Positions 18,388 to 26,756 of a stretch of 64,000 bases of DNA are shown here, piece after piece. The stretch lies in contig CAZKFZ010000002.1 in assembly GCA_964552475.1 (NCBI GenBank), forward strand, positions 70,160 to 134,159. Direction: 5' to 3'. Both the position numbers and the translations under genes were made by a program. Source of the DNA: an uncultured Candidatus Saccharibacteria bacterium. GTDB lineage: Bacteria > Patescibacteriota > Saccharimonadia > CAILAD01 > BJGX01. A model generated the notes under the pieces. The model was not told the origin of the DNA. It did no database searches and was given only the letters and a program-made list of their open reading frames with translations. Every line of letters begins with the position of its first letter. Position 1 is the first letter of the stretch.

Positions 18388-19434
18388 TTATAGCATTTCG
18401 TAAAGCTCACCTAGCCAAGCGCTGGTCTCTTCAATACCTTTACAGGCATCAGTAATGCTTTGGCCGTATGTAAGCTTAGTTGGATCATCTCCAACCGCAA
18501 ACTTCTGTTTACCAGCCACTAGGTTACATTCAGCCATAATACCAGCCACTCTCGTAAAGCGTCGTGCTGCAACAACCTCGCGACCTACCTCAAACTGTCG
18601 TGTGAAGTCACCGCTACAATTACCATGTGAACAATCTACAATTATGCGCGAGCTCATTCCTGCCTCATCGAGTAATACTTGGGCTTCGTAGAGACTTTGT
18701 ATGTCGTAGTTCGCCCCTTTAGTTGAGCCTCGCATAACAAGACACGTGTCTTGGTTACCAGTAGTAAAGTGTAGTGATTCTTGGCCAACATCATCACTTC
18801 CTACAAAGCACCGTGGCTGTGCCGCTACGATCATCGCGTTGATGGCTGTTGCCACATCGCCAGTTTGGTCGTGCTTAAATGCTACAGGCATAGATAGCCC
18901 CGTTGCGAGCTTACGGTGTGGTGGGCTTAGTGCAGTACGAGCACCAATACAACCAAGGCTCACTAAGTCGGCAAACTTGTGAGTCAGCTGATTATCTAGA
19001 AACTCGGTCATTACGGGCAAGCCAAGGGTGGCGACATCCAACATTAGCTTACGGGCCATTATTAGACCATCATTCATAGCGAATGTCCCGTCCATATGTG
19101 GGTCGTAGACTAATCCATCCCAATCATCACCGGTGCGTGGCTTTTCACAGTATACACCAGCAACAATAAGCATCTTTTCTTGGTACTTTTTGGCCATTTC
19201 GGCTAGCCATACAAAGTATTCCGTAGCTGCATCGATATCATGAATAGAACATGGTCGTGGGGCCACAAGTAGACGAGCCTGGCGGCGACCAAATATTACA
19301 TTGGCAATTGCCGCCCTTTGTGTAACTATCTGGTTGCGCAAAATATTCGATACAGGTAGCATAGCCTTGAGCTCACCGGCACTAACTATTTGCTCTGTAC
19401 GAACTATTCGAGTGTTTTCACTTACAATCTGCAC
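18388..19434 (-). CDS. DAHP synthase, class I-alpha (AroG/AroF-like); likely start GTG 19434
   Basis: PCSIHD, YCEKPRT, IGART, DCSHGN, YGQSITDAC; GAGGAG SD before the GTG. Confidence 0.9.
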   Translation of the reverse strand: MQIVSENTRIVRTEQIVSAGELKAMLPVSNILRNQIVTQRAAIANVIFGRRQARLLVAPRPCSIHDIDAATEYFVWLAEMAKKYQEKMLIVAGVYCEKPRTGDDWDGLVYDPHMDGTFAMNDGLIMARKLMLDVATLGLPVMTEFLDNQLTHKFADLVSLGCIGARTALSPPHRKLATGLSMPVAFKHDQTGDVATAINAMIVAAQPRCFVGSDDVGQESLHFTTGNQDTCLVMRGSTKGANYDIQSLYEAQVLLDEAGMSSRIIVDCSHGNCSGDFTRQFEVGREVVAARRFTRVAGIMAECNLVAGKQKFAVGDDPTKLTYGQSITDACKGIEETSAWLGELYEML

Positions 19435-19459
19435 TGAGTCTCCTCTATTTGGTAGGTAC

Positions 19460-19558
19460 AAAAAAATCCCGGTGCTTCCGGGATTTCATGAATAAACAAA
19501 ACTTTCCTAGAAGCTAGGCAATATCTCCCTCAAAGAAATAAAAGTTTGGTTTGTTCAT
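19460..19558 (-). promoter_or_regulatory. Aromatic amino acid transcription attenuator with leader peptide MNKPNFYFFEGDIA (19514-19558)
   Basis: FYFF control codons; 5' part ATGAACAAA..AACTTT pairs with AAAGTTTTGTTTATTCAT; terminator AAATCCCGG-AAGCA-CCGGGATTTTTTT; promoter TTGCAT-17-TATGCT. Confidence 0.85.
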
Positions 19559-19619
19559 AACGAATATCAGCATAACAAAAAAGACCTGGTGATGCAAGTC
19601 TTTTTTGATTTTTTCAATA

Positions 19620-20045
19620 TTAGATGTCGGTGTCTAAGTCTTCAATACCTTCGCGAGCCTTTGCCTTAATGTCTTCGGCAGTTGTGTCGGGTTCTAGCGT
19701 ATCTGATTGCGAAGATTTATTGTCGTTGTCATCGCTAGTTGTAGTATGAGCAACTTCAGGGTTTTCTTTTGCTGTTTTGGTGTGCTCCGAACCTTCGGGC
19801 TCTGCAATTTTAAGATTGTATCGAGCGTCATCTTTGGCCCCCAAAACACGTAATAATGTTCTAATAGATTTGGCGGTTGCACCACCTTTACCAATAATCT
19901 TACCCATATCGCTTGGGTCCACACTAAGCTCTAGTAGTACGCCCCTGTCATCTACTGTTCTGGTAATCTCAACCTTGTCTGGGTTATCAACCAACGCTTT
20001 TACTACATATTCAACAAATACCTGATCTTTTTCACTTGTAGCCAT
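19620..20045 (-). CDS. khpA: KH-domain RNA-binding protein KhpA with acidic tail
   Basis: VKALVDNP, DMGKIIGKGG; rpsP operon context. Confidence 0.9.
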   Translation of the reverse strand: MATSEKDQVFVEYVVKALVDNPDKVEITRTVDDRGVLLELSVDPSDMGKIIGKGGATAKSIRTLLRVLGAKDDARYNLKIAEPEGSEHTKTAKENPEVAHTTTSDDNDNKSSQSDTLEPDTTAEDIKAKAREGIEDLDTDI

Positions 20046-20160
20046 GATAGAGTTTCTCCTAAAATTACTTTAATGACTTTATTATACAAACTTTTATGAT
20101 ACTTTGCGAATAACAAAACACTCTAACTAATTTTAGTTTTTTAATACTAAAAAATAGTGA

Positions 20161-20688
20161 TTATTTACTTTTGTCGGCTTCTTTAGCTGTAGTTTCTTCA
20201 ACAGCTTTGGCTGTTTCTTCGGTAGCTTTAGCTTCTTTAGCTTTGTCTTTTTCTTCAGCTATTGTACCTACGTCAGTTTTTTGATCTTTGGTTTTTTCTT
20301 CGGCATTTGTAGCTTCGCTAGTAGCGACCTCGGCAGTTTTAGCTTCACCTTCTGTTGTTGCCTCTTGATCACCTCCATCTACTACTGCTTCTGGTGTAGC
20401 TTCGGCTTCTTTTTTGGGTTTTTTATTGCGATCATGAGTCTTAGCCCAAGCTGGCAAGTCAACGCCTTGAGATTTTAGAATTCTCAAGACTCTATCTGAT
20501 GCTTGGGCGCCATTGCTTAAATATTGAGCGATTTCTTCTTTTTTGAGAGCTACTTCTTTAGTGTGAGGATTGTAGGTTCCAAGAATTGCCAAAAACTTAC
20601 TGGTGGCGGCACGACGTTTGTCGGCAGCTACAATACGATATGTGGGATATTTATGACGGCCATGTCTGGCTAAACGAATTACAACCAT
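20161..20688 (-). CDS. rpsP: 30S ribosomal protein S16 with long acidic C-terminal extension
   Basis: VVIRLARHGR..P.YRIVAAD, LGTYNP, GAQASDRV. Confidence 0.97.
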   Translation of the reverse strand: MVVIRLARHGRHKYPTYRIVAADKRRAATSKFLAILGTYNPHTKEVALKKEEIAQYLSNGAQASDRVLRILKSQGVDLPAWAKTHDRNKKPKKEAEATPEAVVDGGDQEATTEGEAKTAEVATSEATNAEEKTKDQKTDVGTIAEEKDKAKEAKATEETAKAVEETTAKEADKSK

Positions 20689-20797
20689 TGATTCCTTTTT
20701 TTATATAACTTAAGTAATTTATTGATTTGCCAATCACTAGTGGGCAAAAACGAATACGCCCTATTGTACCTGTAAATAAGTGTGTTTGTCAACAGAT

Positions 20798-23254
20798 TTA
20801 ATTGGTTGCATAAACCTCGGCTTGTTGCAAAGCTAGTGGTAAAACCTCGCTATCACCTTTTGGTGTGCTGGTGATGCCAAATAGATTGTGGGCAGACTGC
20901 ATGGTCTCGTGATTATGGGTAATAACAAGTAGTTGTGAATGTTTTGATAGTTCTTCCAAGACTTTTGTAAATCTAGTAGAGTTTTCGTCGTCTAGAGCAG
21001 CATCAACTTCGTCTAGTACAATAAATGGACTAGGATTGGTAAGAATTATTGAGGCTAGTAAAGCAATTGAGGTAAGGGCTTTTTCTCCACCAGAGAGAGC
21101 AGAAATGTTTTTACCACGTTTGCCTGGTGGTTGAACTATAATTTCTATACCAAAATCCTCTTCAATAGTAGATAGTTCTAGATAGGCATCTCCACCACTG
21201 AAAAGTTTTTTAAAATATTCTCCAAAAACTTTATTGAGTTTTTCGAAGGCTTTCTTAAATCTCTGCTTCATATCTTTTTCTAAAGATAATATAAGAGTTT
21301 GAGTATCGACTATGGCTTTTTCTAGATCTTTTTTTTGGGTTTGTAAAAAGTCTATTCTATGAGCCGTTTCTTTTGCTTCGTTTATCATATGAGGGTCGAT
21401 TTCTTCTAAAGCTTTGAGCTCGGCTTCTAACTGTGAAACATCACTAAGACTTGAGGTTTTTGAAGAAGATGAATTACTAAATTTATATTCTATACCAAAC
21501 CATTCTTCAGCCTGCTTGAATAACTCGGCTTGCTGACTTTGTAGAAGCTTTTTATCGTTCTTGCCCTGCTCTATAGCAAATTCTAACCGGGCTTTTTCAC
21601 TAGCTAACTTTTCAATATCATCAATCTCAGAAGGTAAGCTGTCTGAAGAGGCGTTATAAAATTCCTCTCTTTTAGAGGTAATTTTGGTAGTTATTTTTTT
21701 AAGTAACATTTGTTGCTTTGAAATTTGCAATTTATGATCGGTAATCATTTTAAGATTATCTTCATATATTTCAGTTTGTTTTTTGGTGTTCTCTATTTCA
21801 CTCAAAACAGTTTCTTTATCGGTATGTAGAGTGGCGATATCTAGCTCTATAGATCTAAGCAAGATAGTTTTCTCGGTTTGTAATTCTATAATATCTTCAC
21901 GACTTGCCATACTGTTACTTATAGAATTTTGTAATCGAATAAGTTCAGTTGCCATGACTGCGGCATCGTCACCGAGTGCCAACTCTAACATATGAGAAAG
22001 TTTGTGCATAGTTTGATCAATAGCTTGTCTTGGGGTACCTTGTCGCAATTGTACTCTCATAAGCTGAACAAGGCCTAGAGCGTGATTAACAAACTCTTTC
22101 TTTTGACTCTTTTGTAGTTTGTTCTGCACAATGTTTAGCTTACTGCTTAACTCGCCTAATTCTTTATTAATCTTACTAACTTTTAACTCTAGCTCTTTAA
22201 TTTTTGAGTTTTGTCTGTCATGGTCTACCTCTAGTAAACTAAGTTGCTTGTTGATATTTTTTAATCTGTTCTCCAAACTATGACTTTGATTGTTGGCAGG
22301 TTGCATTTCTTTTTGCTTACTTATCAAGACATTGAGTTCGCTCTGGGTAAGCAAAAGTTTTTGAGTAAGGTTGTCACGTTCTATCTCTAAGTTTTTTAGA
22401 GTCTGTTCTTGCATCTCGCTATCTTTGTTGGAGTTGAAATTCAAATTCACTCTACTATGTAGTTCTTTTGATTTCTCAACTATTTGATTGTGTTCTAGCT
22501 GAGACTTATTTATAGCAATCTCAATATTGGCAATTTTTTTTGTGATATCACTATAAGTATCACTTAAATAACTGTGGCGGGCCTTCTCTAGATCGCTCTT
22601 TAATTTATCGGCTTTTTCTAGGCTTTTGGCTTGCTTCTCTAGAATAGCTATTGTAGGTTTTAGCTCGGCTAGCACTCCATTAACACGTTCAAGATTCTCA
22701 CTAGCCTGATTAAGATCTCTACGCGCTGTATTGCGACGTATATCGTATTGGCGAATTCCACTCGCTTCGTCAAAAAGAGTTTTTCTTTCTGGCCCTGTGG
22801 CCGTTAGAAGCTGATCTATCATACCTTGTCCAATAACTGTATACGATTGTGTGCCAAAACCCGATTGGGCTAGTAACTCTTCAATCTTTGTTAGCTTAGT
22901 TTTTCGGCCGTTAAGCCGATATTCACTCTCGCCCGAGCGAAGTAGTCGGCGCGACAATTCAATTTCAGTAGTATCTAAGTCGATAATGCCTTTGGTATTA
23001 TCTAAATGCAAAATAACTTCTGCCAAACTCGCTTGTGGTGTAGATTTAGTTCCATAAAAAATAATATCCTCAGCTTTGGCTATTCTTAGCCGACGGTTTT
23101 TTTGTTCACCTAATACCCACCTAATAGCATCGGCAACATTACTTTTGCCCGAGCCATTTGGTCCAACTATTGCAGTAATACCTTTATTGAATTCGAAAAT
23201 TCGTCTAGCACCAAACGACTTAAAACCAGCTATTTCAAGCTTGCTTATTTGCAT
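20798..23254 (-). CDS. smc: SMC-family ATPase (short, no recognisable hinge)
   Basis: GFKSF, GPNGSGKSN, LSGGE, LDEVDAALD, ITH; lies next to rnc. Confidence 0.88.
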   Translation of the reverse strand: MQISKLEIAGFKSFGARRIFEFNKGITAIVGPNGSGKSNVADAIRWVLGEQKNRRLRIAKAEDIIFYGTKSTPQASLAEVILHLDNTKGIIDLDTTEIELSRRLLRSGESEYRLNGRKTKLTKIEELLAQSGFGTQSYTVIGQGMIDQLLTATGPERKTLFDEASGIRQYDIRRNTARRDLNQASENLERVNGVLAELKPTIAILEKQAKSLEKADKLKSDLEKARHSYLSDTYSDITKKIANIEIAINKSQLEHNQIVEKSKELHSRVNLNFNSNKDSEMQEQTLKNLEIERDNLTQKLLLTQSELNVLISKQKEMQPANNQSHSLENRLKNINKQLSLLEVDHDRQNSKIKELELKVSKINKELGELSSKLNIVQNKLQKSQKKEFVNHALGLVQLMRVQLRQGTPRQAIDQTMHKLSHMLELALGDDAAVMATELIRLQNSISNSMASREDIIELQTEKTILLRSIELDIATLHTDKETVLSEIENTKKQTEIYEDNLKMITDHKLQISKQQMLLKKITTKITSKREEFYNASSDSLPSEIDDIEKLASEKARLEFAIEQGKNDKKLLQSQQAELFKQAEEWFGIEYKFSNSSSSKTSSLSDVSQLEAELKALEEIDPHMINEAKETAHRIDFLQTQKKDLEKAIVDTQTLILSLEKDMKQRFKKAFEKLNKVFGEYFKKLFSGGDAYLELSTIEEDFGIEIIVQPPGKRGKNISALSGGEKALTSIALLASIILTNPSPFIVLDEVDAALDDENSTRFTKVLEELSKHSQLLVITHNHETMQSAHNLFGITSTPKGDSEVLPLALQQAEVYATN

Positions 23255-23322
23255 TTACAAAACTCCTCGCATTGATCTATTGTAGCCGATAAAACCAAAC
23301 ATAGGCAATAAAATGCCCAAGC

Positions 23323-24090
23323 TTAGGATGCTTGGGCATGGCTACCGCTATGTTGAACAATAATTTTAGCAATTAATGCATGAACAAGCGGGTTGTTGAC
23401 TATAGACATATGACCAGCTTTGTCGCAAATATGTTCAATGTTGCTCGGGATATGCGAGCTCACCAAATCATATTCAGATTGTGGAGCAATAAGATAGTTA
23501 TGTACGAGTTGCCCCTCGGGATGAGCCGAACGATGTGGGAAGACCAACATATCAGCCAAACCTACTATTGAATAGGTGTGATGTCCACTAGTTTGTTTGG
23601 CCAGGTATTCAAGTATTTGTTCGCTTATATCGCTATGTGTGGCTAAATTTTGGACAATTGGAATGGGCGCAACAAGCTTACGCAACTTGGGTCGCAGACG
23701 TACTTTACCTCTGGTTATTTGAGAAATAGACTCAACAGCCCAACGGATCGGCATATTAATCGGATCGGTCCAGGTTGTGCCCGCTAGCGGTGAGGCAATT
23801 GGAATAACCGCCCTTACTTTAGCTTCATATTCAATTGCAAGTAAGCTTGCTAACATACCGCCTTGCGAGTGACCTATGATTATCCAATAATCTTGGGAGT
23901 TTCGTAGATATTTGTCACCTATTTCGTGAGCTGATTGCTCAATATCTCCCAGTCCTAGTCTAGGTATAGCCTCATAAAAAACTGACTTTTCACCAGCAAC
24001 TGATATTACAGCATCTATAAGTGATTGGTAAAAGAACTTTGCTCTTTTGGGCGCAAAAGTGCCATATATTATTAGTACCTTGAGCTTCAT
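23323..24090 (-). CDS. Alpha/beta hydrolase (lipase/esterase-like)
   Basis: IGHSQGG nucleophile elbow, SPLAGT, D (ADMLV), H (AGHM). Confidence 0.8.
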   Translation of the reverse strand: MKLKVLIIYGTFAPKRAKFFYQSLIDAVISVAGEKSVFYEAIPRLGLGDIEQSAHEIGDKYLRNSQDYWIIIGHSQGGMLASLLAIEYEAKVRAVIPIASPLAGTTWTDPINMPIRWAVESISQITRGKVRLRPKLRKLVAPIPIVQNLATHSDISEQILEYLAKQTSGHHTYSIVGLADMLVFPHRSAHPEGQLVHNYLIAPQSEYDLVSSHIPSNIEHICDKAGHMSIVNNPLVHALIAKIIVQHSGSHAQAS

Positions 24091-24210
24091 TTGGTACCTC
24101 GCTTTGTAAAGAACTCAGCGATTAGCTGTTACAAGTAATTTTAGACCAAAAAGCCACAACATACTAATTTTTGTGGCTTTTTGGTCTTATTGCCTTGTCT
24201 TTTATGGCAA

Positions 24211-24906
24211 CTATTTAGTTTTTTTTAGCTTACCTAGGCCATTTAGGGCAGCGGCTTGTTGGGCTGCTTGCTTACTACTACCCTCGCCCTCACCGAATTT
24301 TCTTGTACCTAGGTAAACACCCATAACAAAAGTTTTGTCGTGATCAGGACCAACCTCACTAAGCACCTTATAGCTCGGAGTAGTACCCATTTTTTCTTGC
24401 GCTAGCTCTTGAAAATGGCTTTTAGCATCTATGTATGCGCCTGTTTTAATAATTTCTTCTAAGTTCGTGACTAGTTTTGTCTCTATGAATTTTTTGGCTG
24501 CATCATATCCCTTTTCTAAATAAATCGCACCAATTGTAGCTTCAACTAAGTTTGCTAAAAGTGCTTGTCTTGTTCTACCGCCAGTTTTTGCTTCACCCCT
24601 ACTCATTAATAAAAACTGTCCAATCTCTAACTTTTCGGCTAATTCTGCTAGAGATTCTGTCTTTACCAAGGCAGATCGCCAAGAGGTAAGTTCGCCTTCT
24701 GGGTTTTGATAATTTCGATATAAGTAGTCGGTTACAACCAACTCTAAAACAGCATCACCCAAGAACTCCATTCTTTCGTTGTGTTCAAGTTTAACGGTAC
24801 GATGCTCGTTAATATAACTTCTGTGAGTAAAAGCAACCTGCAAAAGACTGGGGTCACTAAACTTTACCCCTAATATCTTTTCAATTTTTGACTGATCAAA
24901 TACCAT
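24211..24906 (-). CDS. rnc: Ribonuclease III
   Basis: HNERMEFLGDAVL signature plus dsRBD (GPDH...G.G.SK). Confidence 0.97.
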   Translation of the reverse strand: MVFDQSKIEKILGVKFSDPSLLQVAFTHRSYINEHRTVKLEHNERMEFLGDAVLELVVTDYLYRNYQNPEGELTSWRSALVKTESLAELAEKLEIGQFLLMSRGEAKTGGRTRQALLANLVEATIGAIYLEKGYDAAKKFIETKLVTNLEEIIKTGAYIDAKSHFQELAQEKMGTTPSYKVLSEVGPDHDKTFVMGVYLGTRKFGEGEGSSKQAAQQAAALNGLGKLKKTK

Positions 24907-25553
24907 TATAAATTGTTAAGTTTTTTTATTCTGTTTATAGCTTCTCGTATTATAACTTTTGTAGCCTTGTACTCTACAATATCATAAGCTTGCTCGGCTT
25001 CAAACCATTGTACATCTACTATACCTTCAGAGTCTTCAGTTTCTAGTTGCTCATTATAATTGGTTGATTCTATTAAGTAAACAAAGTTGGTCATAAAAAT
25101 AAGTTTGTTATTCATGCGATAAAAAAAATGTATTTTGTCTAATTTACTTAAAATCTTAAGGCTTTTTAAGCCAGTTTCTTCGCCCACTTCTCTTATGGCG
25201 GTTTGCTCTAGTGTTTCACCAGACTCAACATGTCCTTTAGGAATACTCCACCGAGCCTTCAAATCTTGTAATAATACTATTTCTATTTCTTGGTCTTTTA
25301 CCCTAAAAACTATTCCACCACTCGAATATTCTCTTACAGCTTTTGCTCTTTGAGGAGTCTGTCTAGCGTGGCGCTTTTTCTTGTTGGGTCTACTGTTCTT
25401 TATCTGGCTCTGTTGGAGTTGTTGAATCCGTTCCTTGTCGGCCGGACTTTGACCCTTTAGGTTCTGTTTTTGGGGTATCGAAAGACTCTGATTCTGCTGA
25501 ATCTTCTTTGGTTGGTTTTTCTGATTGGAGTTTTTTATCTTCTTGTGGTTCAT
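24906..25553 (-). CDS. NUDIX hydrolase with low-complexity N-terminus (start uncertain)
   Basis: Nudix box [22 protein letters not shown]. Confidence 0.85.
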   Translation of the reverse strand: MNHKKIKNSNQKNQPKKIQQNQSLSIPQKQNLKGQSPADKERIQQLQQSQIKNSRPNKKKRHARQTPQRAKAVREYSSGGIVFRVKDQEIEIVLLQDLKARWSIPKGHVESGETLEQTAIREVGEETGLKSLKILSKLDKIHFFYRMNNKLIFMTNFVYLIESTNYNEQLETEDSEGIVDVQWFEAEQAYDIVEYKATKVIIREAINRIKKLNNL

Positions 25554-25986
25554 AAAATTCGCTCTGTCTATATATTGTACCTAACACCCCGTTAATAAAC
25601 TTACTAGAGTTGTCTCCGCCAAATGCTTTAGCCAGCTCTACTGCCTCATTAATAGCTACTTTGGGCGGAACTTCGCGTTTAATCATAAGCTCATAAACGG
25701 CGAGGCGCAAAATAGTCTTATCTACTTTGGCAATTTGTTCAATTGGCCACTCGGGAGCAGCTGGTGAAATCATTGCATCGATTTTTTTTAGGTTTTTTTG
25801 TGTACCGTTTATTAAATCAATCGCAAAATCGGTTTCTTCTAAAGATTCTGAATACACATCTAAATTACGCTCTGTAATCTCACTAAGATCAGTTTTTAGC
25901 TCAGCAATACCTAGAGTGGTACGAAAATCATATTCGTATAGGGTTTGTAGGGCGATAATGCGTGCAAGGTGTCTATTTGAAGCCAT
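25390..25986 (-). CDS. nusB: Transcription antitermination factor NusB with disordered tail
   Basis: [38 protein letters not shown]. Confidence 0.96.
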   Translation of the reverse strand: MASNRHLARIIALQTLYEYDFRTTLGIAELKTDLSEITERNLDVYSESLEETDFAIDLINGTQKNLKKIDAMISPAAPEWPIEQIAKVDKTILRLAVYELMIKREVPPKVAINEAVELAKAFGGDNSSKFINGVLGTIYRQSEFYEPQEDKKLQSEKPTKEDSAESESFDTPKTEPKGSKSGRQGTDSTTPTEPDKEQ

Positions 25987-26050
25987 AGTTTGTGTATCTA
26001 TTAGGTTTAATTGTAACGTACTTTGGGGGTTTAATGCGAGTTATTTTTAC

Positions 26051-26221
26051 TTAAATATTACGTCTAGTTCGAACCAAACCCAGGCTAGCAGCCTTGTGAA
26101 GCTTTCTTGGCAACATAAGTTTGGTATTCTTCTCGTACATTAGCTGTAGCGGTGTAAGACTGTCGTGAGATCTACGTTGACCTCGAGTACTACTAGTACG
26201 GCGTTTTTTTGGTACTGGCAT
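26051..26221 (-). CDS. rpmF: 50S ribosomal protein L32, Cys-free form (not in ORF track)
   Basis: Manual translation MPVPKKRRTSSTRGQRRSHDSLTP...; downstream of yceD; GAAAGGA SD. Confidence 0.9.
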   Translation of the reverse strand: MPVPKKRRTSSTRGQRRSHDSLTPLQLMYEKNTKLMLPRKLHKAASLGLVRTRRNI

Positions 26222-26237
26222 AAATTGGTCCTTTCAA

Positions 26238-26627
26238 TTAACTATTTGTTTGAATACCATTGCATTTAGATTCACATAGTAAGGTGGGTGGCAATGAAAA
26301 CAATATTTCTTGACGTAATGGTTCGCTTAAGTCTATATGGTTGTTTTCTATGGGCCACTCTTCTTCTTCGGGCTCATCACAAAAAGTTGCAATAAAATCA
26401 ACTCTTAATTTGTGTTTGAAGCTTTTTAGACACTTATCGCAAGTAAGTAAAATATTTACTTCTCCCGTAACGTGAGCACTAAACAAGTCATGTCTTATTT
26501 GTGTGATTTCAACTTTTATATTAGTTGGTTTTGACAATTCGACATTTTCAAGAGAAGAGAAGTCGCAAATAACTGTTTGGGTTGCTCCGCTTGGTTTGCG
26601 CGAGAGATCTAGAATGCTAATTGGCAT
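26238..26627 (-). CDS. yceD: YceD/DUF177 protein
   Basis: CDKCL, IDLSEPLRQEI, LC...C.G; upstream of rpmF. Confidence 0.85.
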   Translation of the reverse strand: MPISILDLSRKPSGATQTVICDFSSLENVELSKPTNIKVEITQIRHDLFSAHVTGEVNILLTCDKCLKSFKHKLRVDFIATFCDEPEEEEWPIENNHIDLSEPLRQEILFSLPPTLLCESKCNGIQTNS

Positions 26628-26756
26628 TTCGTCTATGATTGTATCATAAAAACACACCTTTTACAATGGTTTTTAATCTTATTTATGAACTTCAAACTAT
26701 ATTTTACTTTTCTAGTCTGAGAATACGCTGAACTATAAAAGTAAAAACAATAGTAG

